Assembly (NCBI GenBank): GCA_002269645.1
Contig: NIVC01000522.1
Coordinates: forward strand, 434,001-498,000
DNA from: Macrostomum lignano
Lineage: Eukaryota
Direction: 5' to 3'
Length of the DNA: 64,000 nt
The notes under the pieces were generated by a model. It was not told where the DNA came from. It made no database searches and was given only the letters and a program-made list of their open reading frames with translations. A program made the position numbers and the translations under genes. Shown here piece after piece: positions 50,944 to 63,046 of the stretch. Numbering within the stretch: position 1 is the first letter of the stretch; the number at the start of each line of letters is the position of its first letter.

Positions 50944-52046
50944 ATAAGAATGTACAGTACGTAGAGCGCGGCAGATAGAAGATGGACTAGGCACACAGGG
51001 AATGGAAGAAAATGAAAAGGGAGAAAGTGAATTCTATTAGAGCAAGCTGCAATTTCGCGAAAGTATCAGACAAATTCCAGACCACATAAAATAACTCGAA
51101 AATTAAAATGATGATGTTTTTGTGTGTCCTTGGTCTTCAGGACCTTTACTACAATGGCTCTATAATAACTTCAATTACCAGTGTAAGACCCAAAAAACTG
51201 CAAGAGGTGTCGGATTCGACAAACTTTTCCTAATGATGCAATCACAAGGTGTAAGCTTACAGATTTTTCTATTTGATGGTCACAATCTCACGATGTTCAT
51301 TGGATCAATTTGTCAAATCTAGATAATAATTAGGTTACATTGGTGTACTGTCTGACTGAATCACAAGCAGGACTTGAGCAACCGAGAGACTAGTAGAGCG
51401 AAGTAGAGCGAAGTAGCGGGAAAGATGGGAGAGTGAGGCGAGCTTTCTTGGCTTTAACATTCGTTCATAAAGCATTTTTAGTCTTTCCCATTGGGGAATA
51501 AATTAGATAGTACATGACTCTTCTTCAGTTGTCCTCAGCTTTTTGCCTGCTGGAGCGCATTGATTGGCTCGAATTACATTTAAATTGGATAGGAACTTTC
51601 CGGACCAAAATGTATCACTTCACACAGTTGGCATGGCAGTAGTGAGCTACGTGTGTAATACAAGCTAGGTTTCTGGAACATGTAGCAAAACTGCAAAACT
51701 GCAAAACTGCAAATTCAAGGAAAACTACCAAGCAGCAAAAAGCTCTTCAAATAAATGTATAACTGTGCTGTTGCGGTTATTAAATGGGAATAGCATGTAA
51801 TAGCAGTAAGATAACAAGTACGAGTATTACTCATAGGGTTCGAAAAAACAACGACCATCCGTCACAGAATTACACAAAACTGCGAAACTGAAAAAATCTA
51901 CCCGAATTCTTTATAGGAAAACGTTTCGGGATTTGAGTTCATCGCTAAATTTCTGTAGGACGCAACAATGCCATATGCATTCAGACGATCAAAAATCCGA
52001 CGAGGCATCATGAGGATCATACCGGTTTTCGGTACCCATTAATACA

Positions 52047-53810
52047 CTAGTTGTCGCGGCTCGCCACCTTCAACCGGTGCTCGATGGTCGCATGAACGAT
52101 TCCTTCAGTGCCCAGCAGGATCTGCTCCCGCTGCTCCGCAGTCCACGAGTCCGCTTCGAATCGGAAGTGCTGCATGAAGGTCACGAAGAACAAGAACACC
52201 TCCATGCGAGCCAGAACCTCTCCGAGACACGAGCGCTTGCCGACTCCGAATTGATTCAAATACTCTGACGGCTTGTACTGACCGTCCGGAGTGAGGAAGC
52301 GGTCGGGGTCGAACATGTCCGGTTTGGAGAAGTAGCGCTCGTCATGGTGGAGACCGTGCAGGTTGACGGAGATCATGGCATCGGAGGAGATGTTGTAGCC
52401 ACGGAACTCGGTATCCTGAGAAGGTGAGGTGTTAATTTTATTGATTGTTTACAGTAAATTAAAAGATTTCAATGACAAAAATTTCAAAAAGAACTTGTTT
52501 ACTACTTTGCATTGTAAAATTTGCTAACAGAATATTCATAGAGTGATGAATTTCATAATGCTTTAGGAGAGGGCTGTTTCACCATATTGTGAACGCTCTG
52601 AAGCTCCACTATACCTATCCTATTATGCTATTATATCACGGAACGTTGAACCATAAAGCTACCGTACCTCAGTAGCTCTGTGGTCGACAGACATCGGAAC
52701 AAGAGTAGAAATTCGCTGAGACTCGTCCAGAAACGCCTGGCAGTAGTGCAGCTCCTTCTTGTCCTTCAGGCTGGCTTGTCGCTTGCCGATCTTGGCCATG
52801 ATCTCAGCGTGGCAGCGGTCCTGCAGCTCCGGGTTCAGCGCCGCGTAAATCAGACTCCAACCGAGGGTGTTGCTGCTGGTATCCACGCCTGCGATGTACA
52901 GCTCCCAGATAGTCTTCACCAGCTGAAGGTCAGTGAATGTTCCCAGGTCGACGCCCCGTCTGTGCTGCTCTTGCAGATAAGCCTCCACATAGTTGCTGGA
53001 CTCGTCGTCGACATTGTACTTGCTGCGGATCTCCTCCACTTTTTGTTTGCTGAGGTCTTCGATCCACGTGATGGCATCAAACTGTTTCTTGTTTGCTGGA
53101 GACAAGGCGAGAGCAGTTTCGACTGGCATGAACCGATAGAAAGCGGTGAGCAGGCCCACAACATTTTGGTTCGTCACACCTCCGAGGTTTTTTAAAAACT
53201 CATTGAAGTCCGAGTCCTCGTAGCTGCTGAAGTTGGAGAAAATGAATCGAGTGACCACATTGGCCACGGCCTTGCTGATGAAGTCTCGTGGATCGACCAA
53301 CTGACCTTCCTTCGACCTCAAAAAGTCCATCAGTTGCACAGCCTCCTCTTGAATCTGCAATTCTGAGGCGTTCCGACCGAACCCGAAGTCCTTGAGAATG
53401 CGAAGCGCGAACTGTCTGTGCTCCTGCCACAGAACTACCTCGGAGCCCGCAATTCCGGATTCTTTGAACAGAAACTTGTGATAGTTTGTATTCGGCCGTC
53501 CACTGAACACGTCGGGCATGGTAAACATCTCTCGCATGGTCTCGTAACCGGACACAAGAACAATCTCCTGAGTTCCCATTTGGAATGAAGCCAAGTCTCC
53601 GTACTTCTTCTGGATGTCCTGCATCAGCAGGAAAAGTCGGTGGCGCTTGTTCATGACGGTTCGCCACATGACCAGCGGCAGCAGGCCGAAGCCGGGAACG
53701 CCGACAGGGCCCGGAGGCGACTTGCTGAGAGCGCGCTTGACGTAAGCATATGCGCAGATAGCCAGAGCAATTACAGCGACTACAATCGCGTTTGAAACGG
53801 TGAACAGCAT
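52047..53810 (-). CDS. Cytochrome P450, CYP2 clan, paralog C; exons 53810-52668 and 52415-52047; 503 aa
   Basis: AGVDTS, DESQR, PDRF, FGVGKRSCLG; 252-bp GT-AG intron at the shared position. Confidence 0.95.
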
Positions 53811-54692
53811 GTTGCTGGAGTTGAGTGGAATTACAAGCTAGATTGAAACAGTAAAATCTTATCGTCCTTGGCCTTTCATATACTTGCTTTCGGACTTTTA
53901 GAACGTGAGCAAAGGTCATTTCTAGGCAGATTTCAGAGAATTGTACCTCGGAGTCGAGAATGCTCAGCTTTGTAGTTTCGACTTTGTCCAACCCCTACTG
54001 TTTACAGTGTGGTGAGTGCTGTTTTTACTAGCTGTAAGAGTTTCTTGTTGTATATTTAAGCAGTTATAACCAAAATTTTAATTGTACCTGCATGTAAACG
54101 TTAGTGTACGTAATCCGTTGGAGAATGTAAGAATTATTAGGAAGACAAAAATGAAACGACACAATTATTTTCAGCAATAGTAATGAAATTTGGTTAAACA
54201 ATATTTGCCTATTTTTTAAAGTTTCTAATTTTGACTGCACCAGATATTTGACTCACAGTCAACCTAAATCCGACTATCAATTCAGTGTTGAGCACACAAG
54301 CGTACCCATTCAGGGAAACGCCCCTTCCCAATCGCCTTAAAAAGTGGCTTTTCTCCAAAAACTATGTGAGAGAAGCAGCCAAGCTGTACGAATAGCAGAA
54401 GCTCAAAGTTTTCCAACTCTTGGATATGGCAACTGCTGTAGGTTGAGCACAGCAAACTTATTGCGAGCTTTACTTGTATTTTCGAGCGTAATTCAGTTTA
54501 TTTTTGTCTATGGCTGTGTAGGCAGCTAACGCCTGCTTGAGCCAGTAGAGCTCGACTCTCTTAAACACAATTAATAAATTTGAGAAAAGCTGAGAGCCCA
54601 AGAGCTCCAAAAGAACTTAACAATTCAAGAGCGGTCTTTGCGCATCACGGTCTCCAAAAGCATAATACGAAAAGTATAACAATCGTCGCAAG

Positions 54693-55560
54693 ATGAAATC
54701 TGCACCGACTTCACCGGCACGGCCACCAGAGGGCCCTGCAAAAGTAGCTGGTCCTGCGAAAACGGTGGGATCAGCAAAAACAGCTGGTCTGGCGAGGGCA
54801 GCAGCTTCAGCGAAAACGGCTGGTCCTACGAAGACAGCTGGTTCTGCAGACCGGATGGCGCATGGCAATGGACCGACTATTCGACCAACTGCGGGAGCAG
54901 TGGATATTGAGAAGCTGGAGGCTTCCAGTAATCTGCCACGCTGGCTGGACCGATTCGAGGTGGCAGCAGCTTTTAACAACTGGGACTCGGTAAGGAAAGC
55001 CCAAATACTTCTTATGCGACTTTCACCAAAGCTATATGACAGCTTGGCCGATCATGTCTCGCCTAACAAACCGAGCCGGTTGAACTTCGATGAACTCGTG
55101 GAAGCACTAAATGAACTGTTAGTTCCAGCAACATTCGTTTTGGCTGAGAGATTCACATTTCAACAATGCACTCGGAACCACGGAGAGAGCATGCGTGCAT
55201 TTTCCGAACGACTTGTAAGAGAGGCAGAAAACTGTGACTTCAATAACATCGATGAAAGACTGAGAGACCAATTCATTTGCGGCCTGAGTGATCAGAACGT
55301 TATCGGAAAGCTACTTGTAAAGGACCACCGGAAGCTTACCTTCAGAGACGCAGTAGCTGAAGCAGAGGCGTTCTCATCGTTGATTGCTACTAATATTATG
55401 AAAAACGCTCCAAAAGCTGATGGGGCTGCTGTAATGAAAGTAGAAGTTCTTAGACCTGGTTCAACGATAGCAAAGAACAAGAATTCTGCACGTCTGTGTC
55501 CCCGATGTGGCTCGACGCACGATAGTACAGCCTGCCCAGATATGGCAACCACCGTAGTAA
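54693..55560 (+). mobile_element. Ty3/gypsy (Mag-like) gag, 3'-truncated
   Basis: WLDRFE, LAERFTF..C....GES...F..RL...A..CDF, RLRDQFICGL, knuckle CPRCGSTHDSTAC; runs into the minisatellite; no pol follows. Confidence 0.88.
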
Positions 55561-55566
55561 GGGGAG

Positions 55567-55653
55567 TAAGGGCGCCAACCATGAGACAGGGGCGCCCACC
55601 AAGAGACAGGGGCGCCTACCAAGAGACAGGGGCGCCAACCAAGAGACAGGGGC
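55567..55653 (+). repeat. 20-bp minisatellite, left part of an array split by the LINE
   Basis: About 4 units ending GAGACAGGGGC directly before the LINE tail. Confidence 0.9.
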
Positions 55654-55779
55654 TTGACTTACTTGACTTAGCTGCAGGGCTGTCCCGGGGGGACACAGCG
55701 GGAAGGCGCGAACGCCCATTCCGCTAATCCCTGAACGGCCGAAGCGTCGCTATGGACGAAGGGTTGGCGCCGCCCAGGG

Positions 55780-58700
55780 AGGTCCCCCAGGGTCGCCAGC
55801 AGCTATGGTGCTCTCTGGAAAGGAGAGTTCAGCCCTGCGGGTGGCCCGGAGGTAGCGCATGAGCTGATTAAAGTTTTCGGGTTTGCAAGCTTCAGTAATA
55901 GATGTGTGGCCCGAGGTAAGTGAGTCTGGCTCGCGTAAAGGCGGGACAGATGCTGACGAAAGGCTCAGCGGTTTCGTCACCTGAGTTACAGAAACTGCAG
56001 ATGGCGTTGGTGGCGTTGCCCTGCAGATACTGGTGCCTAGAGAAGCAGCCGTGACCTGAGAGGGTCATGGTGGCAGCCCGGATGTCTCTGCGCGAGAGGC
56101 GCAAGAGGAGCTTCCGGAGCTGGTGAGAGGGCTGAGGGACAGCGCCTCTGGATTGCCTGCAGGTAGTGCAGTTCGCCCAAGTCGAGCGGTGCTGGGTCCT
56201 GATCCACGCTTTGATGCGCGTGTCGATGACACAGCCGGGAATTGGGACAAGGGGTTCGGGACCGAGAGAGGAGCCGGAGGCGCCAACTTTCGCAAGGGCG
56301 TCAGCCAACTCATTTCCTCGGATTCCCACATGCCCCGGAACCCACTTGAGGGTGATTTTGTTGGTGGTACCCAACATGTTGAGGAGTTTTATACAGTCGA
56401 GGACTGTAGCAGAATTGGTGCTGCAGCCACTGATGGCGTGCAAGGCAGTTTGGCTGTCCGAATGGAAAATGATGTTCTCACAGGTAACGCCAGTGGCGAG
56501 GAGCTCTGCGGTGCAGGAGCTGATGGCAAGAACTTCATTTTGGAAGACACTAGAGTTGACCCCAGTGTACTGAGCGTGGGTTGCGATAACCCTCCCGTTC
56601 AGGAAGATTCCAACACCAAACCGGTATTGGCTGACTGCTTAGAACCATCGGTGTAGCAGTGAAGCTCACCAGGGTTCCAGTGGTCATTGATGGTATCGCG
56701 CGAGTCGATAGCTACGGAGTAGCGTTGTCTCAGGTTGAGCGTTGAGGCAATGCCATCGGTGAAGACGCGATTGGCCTGATACTCATTGAGAATGTTGAGG
56801 CACAGGTCGCTATGCGGGACGAGGTTCCGCTTAGCAGGTGCCCTCATGTAAATGAATTTGACGCCGGCATCAAGTAAACTCTGCGTCGTTCTAGCCGCCT
56901 CAACCCTGACGAAGAGGTCAAGAGGCGGTAGATTAAGGAAGGCCTCCATGCCGGCAAAGGGCATGGACCTGGTGGCGTTGCAGATAAGCCTACACGCTCT
57001 GCCCTGGATCGTGTTGAGCAAATCTGCATGGCTTTTGAACTGGGTAGCGCTAACCCAGACAACTGAGGCGTACGTAATGGCAGGTCTAACTACGGAAGTG
57101 TAGATCCACCAAAGCCGTTTTGGGGAAAGACCCCAAAAAGTGCCAAGTGCTCGTCGGAGGTGGGCCAGGATGGCTGAGGCACGCTTGGCTTTTGCTTTCA
57201 CGTGGAAGGACCAGTTGAGCCGGTGGTCAAGTAATGACCCCGAGACATCTGGTTTGGTGCGCGAAGGCAATATCTCTACCGTAGAGCTGCAGAGGTCGTA
57301 TGTTCCAGCGTATTCTGCTGGTGAAAATAATGGCAACAGTTTTGGGCTCAGAGAGTTCCAGACCGTTATCATTGGCCCAGGATTCTGCTTTGCGGATAAA
57401 GCTCTGCATCAGATCCCTGAGCGTGCTGGGCGACGGCCCAGCCACAAGGGCAGTGCCGTCGTCAGCGTACCCGACTTTGAAGACGGGATCAGGTCGGGAG
57501 TCGCCCAGAAGAGCGTCCATGACCAGGTTCCAGAGCGTCGGGGTGAGGACTCCGCCTTGGGGTCCACCCTTACAGACTCTGGCGGAGGCAGTTTGCCCGA
57601 GAAGTTGGGCAGTGACCGTACGGTTAGAGATCATGTACATGATCCATCGTATGAGGGTAGCGTGAGCTTTGCGATTTTGAAGGGCCCTCTGAAACGCTTC
57701 AAAGATAACGTTATCGAAGGCGCCAACAATGTCGAGAAAAAGAGCCAGGGCGTAACCGTCACCCAGTACCGCCCGTTCAATCTTCTCGACTATCGCAAGC
57801 AGGGCGCTGTCAGTCGACCTTCCGGTACGGAAGGCGTGCTGATGATTGTTGAGGGGCATTGCTGTCAGCTCGCAAGAGAGCAGCCGCCAGATAATAAGCC
57901 TCTCAGTCAGCTTAAGCATTGCTGACGTTAAGCTAATTGGCCTGAAAGCCTTGACGCTCTGGTAGTCACCCTTTCCAGGTTTGGGAATGAAGACTACCCG
58001 AGCTTCGTTCCAGCACTTGGGAACGTATCCCAGCTGGATAGAGGCCCGCATGAGATTGCGGGTAAGTCTCAGGAACGAGGGTATCTTGGCTGCTTCACGA
58101 AGAAGAACAGGGTAGATACCATCAGGTCCAGGAGATTTGAAGGGCTTGAAGGTTCTGACCGCACGAGCGATTAAGTCTTCAGTGATGGCTCCATTCCCGC
58201 CGCTAGGATGGCTCCATCCAATGAGTGGTTGGGTTCTGATCTAGCAGTGGGTACCCTCGGGAAGAATGTGCTAAGCATATGCTGAAGCACTTCTTCAGGT
58301 TCTTTAGTAAGAGAGCCTTCATCTTTTCTGATCATGGCTAATTTGGACATTTTGTCCATTGTAAGGGCCTTGACAAGCCTAGAAGTAGGTCTGTCTTGAT
58401 CCAATTCATTGCAGAATTGGCGCCATTTACATTCCTTGGCCTTGCGCACTTCAGATTTGAAGTTACGGGAGGCTTGTCGGAAAAGCTCCATATCCTCCGG
58501 GTTTCTGGTCTTCATGGCACGGCGGTGAAGGCTTTTGGCCTTCCGCCTGAGTTTCCCCAGCTCCGGATTCCACCACGGCACCGAGATCTTGCCTTTGTAG
58601 GCACGGACAGGGCAGGCCGCCTCATAGGCTGCAATAATGCAACCTGTCAGCGTCTCAGCCGCATGGTCCACATCCTCGCAGGTCTCAATCGGACGTAAGT

Positions 58701-59493
58701 CCGTGAGTTCCTGCAGGTGCAGATCAAGGGTAGCCTTATAGGCCGCCCAATCAGTGCTGCGGATGTTACGCCTCCAAGTAATCGAGGACTGGGGTTTAGT
58801 GTCCGCGATGTTAAAGGCGATAAAGCAGTGGTCAGACAGGGAGGGCTCCTCAGACCAGACTCTCCACTCCTCAACTCTGTAAAAGAGTCTTGGGGTAACG
58901 AGTGTGGCGTCGAGGACCTCAGTCCATCTGCCATTATTAAAGGTAGGAGGGCTACCGCGGTTGCAGAGCATGAGGTTTGTGTTAGAGATAAGGGCCAGAA
59001 GCTCCTCCCCTCTTGTATTGGTGTCTTTGCTGCCCCAGTGCTTATGGTACGCGTTGAGGTCGCCCCCTAAGCACAGCTCAACGTTCTGGGACTCGCAGTA
59101 CTGCGCAAGGCGCAGTAGACTCTCGGGAGCAGGGTCTCTGTCGCCAGGGATGTAAATCGAGGCAACGAGACACGCACGCGGAGAGAGATGATTAGATTGG
59201 ATGACACAAAGGTCTCCATCAGAGAGATCAGTCCTCAGCCAAGCCTGGAGATGGCTGGCAGCGAGGATAGCCGCTCTAGGGCGGTTGTTCCCCGGGCCAC
59301 ACACATAAAAATCAGAGTAGCCAGAGGGAATGTTGGGCAACTTACCGTTGCGCATCCAGGGTTCCTGGATCAGGATGAGGCCTGGCCTGTACAGCTCTAC
59401 AATCTTCATCAGATTTACTGACGCAGATACGCAATGCTGTAGATTTATTTGCAGACAGAATGTCGCTCCTTTGGCAGCGTGGAGCGTAGTCAT
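55780..59493 (-). pseudogene. LINE ORF2, split by about 4 single-base frameshifts
   Basis: APE: QINLQH, IQEPW, GDLNA, SDH. RT: RPISLTS, LDIVGAFD, GPQGGVL, YADD. RNase H: YTDGSK, FQNEV, SDSQ, WVPGH, GNELAD. Finger: CSFC...ET. Frameshifts near 58200, 57236, 56620 and 55905; 3' end approximate. Confidence 0.88.
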
Positions 59494-59533
59494 ACTGTAT
59501 TAAATGCAATTGTCTGGCTAGAGCCCCGGGCCA

Positions 59534-60996
59534 TCAAGGAGACTTGGACAGCAAATCGTCCTCGTCCCAGGCCGTTGGGGCTTGACTGGGAGATGGGAGT
59601 TGGTCGACGTCCATGGCCTCCTCACCCCCACCGGTCCCCCCAGCAGAGTCCTCGGGCTCCGATGACAGGATGGAGGAAGCTTCCTCATCTGCATCTTCGC
59701 CTTCAGACCCCAACAGGGTGGCCGAGGAGAGCTCGGATTCCGATGACCCGGCCTCGTCCTCAACTCCTTCTTTGACTGGCAGGTTCGGTTTCCGGGGCTT
59801 GGCCGGAGCCGTTACCGCGGTCGCCGAACTGCTGCTAGCAGAGGGGCGAGATGAAGCTTCGGCTTTGGGATTGGCTTGCGCTTTTCCTTGGGCCTTAGAC
59901 TGCGCCCCGCTCTTGCCGGAGATGCCGGGGTTGGCAGAAGCCTTTCCTTTGGCAGACTTTCCTCGGCGCATCTTGAGCTTGAGGGCACCCAGCTGGAAAG
60001 AGGATCCATTAGGGTACTGACTCGCCCAAGCGTTGGAAAGGCCGAGGACAATTGAGTTGCCCGTCTCCCCCCTGCGGACTTTGCGGTGGTACACCAGTCC
60101 ACTAGCAGGGAGGTCGGGGTTCAGACGCAGTAGGACCCGGCGGATAACGTCGGGTCCAGCTGCGGTGCTCTTAGCAGGGACAAAAACCACATAGGGTATT
60201 GTCTTTGGACGCTGGCCTTCGCGAAGAAAAAGAGCTCTGCCAAGGTCAGCATCCAAGGAGACCGTCGGCAGTCGCTGGAGTAGCTGCTGAGCGTCCTCCT
60301 CACTGCTGGGAGCAATAAGAACGAATGTGCTTCGCAGCTTCCCTCCTCGACAGTCAGCTCAATCAGACAGGAGTGAGCAGCACTCCACTTTTTGAAGCTG
60401 ACCAGTGGTCCAGTCCTGGTCGCGACCTTGAATGATCACTCCCGGGATTTTGGCCTTGGCCTTCGCCTAAAAGGTAGCTCCCGAAAGAAACTTCTTGTTG
60501 GCAGTGGCCATATGTTGCGCGTGGTTTCGGCCTCAGCTCAGCCTCAGCCGTAGCAGCATCTCCAGGGAGCGCCGCCGCTGAACTACCGGAGCTTCCACCG
60601 GCCGGCCCGTCTGGTTGCTTTGGGACGCCAGTCGCTTCAGCATCCATGGTGGACGCCGCCGCTTTGGCCACCGCAGCTCCCTTCTTGGCCTGCCTTTTGG
60701 CGCGTTGCTTAGCGCGTTTGCGCTCAAGCCGAGCCCGCTGAGCTTCGTCGGTTCTGCCAGATTTGGCCGGTCCTTTAGGCTCAGAGCTCGCGGTTCCCTT
60801 AGATCCACCAGCAGAGCTGGAAGGTCTTTGGGTACTTTGAGTTTGGTAGCTCTGGTCCGACTTCCTTTGCCACAGATGAATCAGTCGGTTGGGTTCTGCC
60901 AGCAGAGCCGGCCGGTCCTTCGGACTGAGGTTGGGGTTTAGAAGGGTCCCCGTCCCTAGAAATAGGGCTTTTATCCATAGTCGGCTCGAAGGCCAT
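59534..60996 (-). pseudogene. LINE ORF1, frameshifted
   Basis: Fragments 60799-61083, 60533-60808, 60363-60671 and 59534-60256 lie in tandem upstream of ORF2; low-complexity basic/acidic termini around a core (VFVP...DVIRRVLLRLNPDL). Confidence 0.7.
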
Positions 60997-61519
60997 GATA
61001 AAGGTTGGTGGGCTACCTCGAAGGGGCGCGGTACCCACCCGGCCGCTCCACCTGACCGGGCAGTAGGCCAAAAGAACCCTCAAGGCTGGCCCGACACCAG
61101 GAGGGGGACCGCTTGCGACCGGACTACTCCCCGGCCTTCCAGCCCATCAGCACGGTCAAACACCTTAGGCATTAGAGGGTACGTTGAGCAGTACCACGGC
61201 CTGCGGACTGGCAAGCCAGACCCGCATACCCAAGTTCGGCAGAAGTCACTGGATGGGTCCCCAGCGCCGGAGCCCAGTCAGTCCGGCAGCCCTAGGGTCT
61301 GCCTTGAACACACGTGGAGACGAGTACCCTGGGTCGGCTTGCGAGACAGCGTGGGGGGGGGGGGGGGTCTGCGGCTGCCAGAGGCAAATAGAGGGTGCAG
61401 ACCTCCCACCAGCCTTGACCTGCTGAAAAAAGGCGCAGGCATGAAGCATCGCAGACCTTAGCCCATGGGCCTAGTCTGTCTCATACTTACTGGCATGCTG
61501 AATACGCCTTCGCGTGCAG

Positions 61520-62688
61520 GAGACAGGGGCGCCAACCATGAGACAGGGGCGCCAACCATGAGACAGGGACGCCCACCAAGAGACAGGGACGCCCACCAAG
61601 AGACACGGACGCCCACCAAGAGACAGGGACGCCCACCAAGAGACAGGGGCGCCCACCAAGAGACAGGGACGCCCACCAAGAGACAGCGACGCCCACCAAG
61701 AGACAGGGGCACCCGCCAAGAGACAGGGACGCCCACCAAGAGACAGGGACGCCCACCAAGAGACAGGGGCGCCCACCAAGAGACAGGGACGCCCACCAAG
61801 AGACAGGGACGCCCACCAAGAGACAAGGACGCCCACCAAGAGACAGGGACGCCCACCAAGAGACAGGGGCACCCGCCAAGAGACAGGGACGCCCACCAAG
61901 AGACAGGGGCGCCAACCAAGAGACAGGGACGCCCACCAAGACACAGGGGCGCCCACCAAGAGACAGGGATGCCCACCAAGAGACAAGGACGCCCACCAAG
62001 AGACAGGGACGCCCACCAAGAGACAGGGACGCCCACCAAGAGACACGGACGCCCACCAAGAGACAGGGGCACCCGCCAAGAGACAGGGACGCCCACCAAG
62101 AGACAGGGGCGCCCACCAAGAGACAGGGGCGCCCACCAAGAGACAGGGACGCCCACCAAGAGACAGGGACGCCCACCAAGAGACAGGGGCACCCGCCAAG
62201 AGACAGGGACGCCCACCAAGAGACAGGGGCGCCAACCAAGAGACAGGGGCGCCCACCAAGAGACAGGGACGCCCACCAAGAGACAGGGACGCCCACCAAG
62301 AGACAGGGACGCCCACCAAGAGACAGGGACGCCCACCAAGAGACAGGGGCGCCAACCAAGAGACAGGGACGCCCACCAAGAGACAGGGATGCCCACCAAG
62401 AGACAGGGGCGCCAACCAAGAGACAGGGACGCCCACCAAGAGACAGGGATGCCCACCAAGAGACAGGGACGCCCACCAAGAGACATGGGCGCCCAAAAAA
62501 CTTGCATGGTCCTTTGGTTGGCGGCCTCATCAAATTGAACTGCTGCGTACGGCACTGAGCAAACTGTAGGCACTGCCGAAATAATCACATCTGATAGAGG
62601 GCAGGAGCAAAGTAGAGAATTCTTTGCTTTGCGAGCATGTATCAATAAGTACGAGTCTGAAAAACCGTGAAGCGGGTTTATAAAGGTA
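61520..62688 (+). repeat. Main 20-bp minisatellite array (about 48 copies) plus about 200-bp conserved flank
   Basis: CCAAGAGACAGGGACGCCCA units at 61520-62490; the flank matches 43550-43740. Confidence 0.95.
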
Positions 62689-62689
62689 T

Positions 62690-63046
62690 TGTGGTGACCG
62701 GAACAACGGAGTAGCTCTATCGGCAAAGCCGTCAAAGCGAATGTATTTCAGTGCTTAAGATCAAAGATGAGCAAGCATATTACGAGCGTAGTATAAGATT
62801 AAAAGCCAGAGCGGTGGATATTAACGATGGTATGCGACCGAGGGAACTGTAGAGCGGGAGATATAACCATAGACTATATACTAGTGTGACAAGCTTCGAC
62901 TGGGGCTGCGTCATGTCCCCCTGTAACGGGAGTGACGTGAACATTCATACGAACAGTAAGAACATTTCCTAATACTTTGTTGTCAATTAGCCGAGGCGAG
63001 AACATACGCTATAGTGTTATCAGAGGCTGTTTGGCATGTCGTAACA
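62690..63046 (-). mobile_element. Probable 3' LTR (357 bp) of a Ty3/gypsy element
   Basis: TG...CA termini, central TATA-like and distal AATACA on the minus strand; begins where the flank diverges from the 43.7-kb copy; adjacent to integrase. No clear PPT. Confidence 0.55.

Larger units (their letters stand above)
55654..61519 (-). mobile_element. Near full-length non-LTR retrotransposon, LOA/Lian-like (ORF1 + APE-RT-RNase H-CCHC), 5.87 kb
   Basis: 3' tail TAAGTCAAGTAAGTCAA; 11-bp flanking duplication GAGACAGGGGC (55643-55653 and 61520-61530); about 520-bp 5' UTR. Clade call rests on domain order and motifs, not on a tree. Confidence 0.9.

Noticed and set aside
37477-53195. Three 171-aa + strand ORFs antisense to the CYPs
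   Set aside because: Shadow ORFs of the conserved CYP exon 1; conserved only because the sense gene is.
61000-61519. HDV-like ribozyme in the LINE 5' UTR
   Set aside because: Partial P2/P4-like pairings exist, but no consistent P1, P3 and L3 could be built by eye; a descriptor search would decide.
61458-62735. 340-425 aa ORFs on both strands
   Set aside because: Translations of the 20-bp minisatellite, which lacks stop codons.
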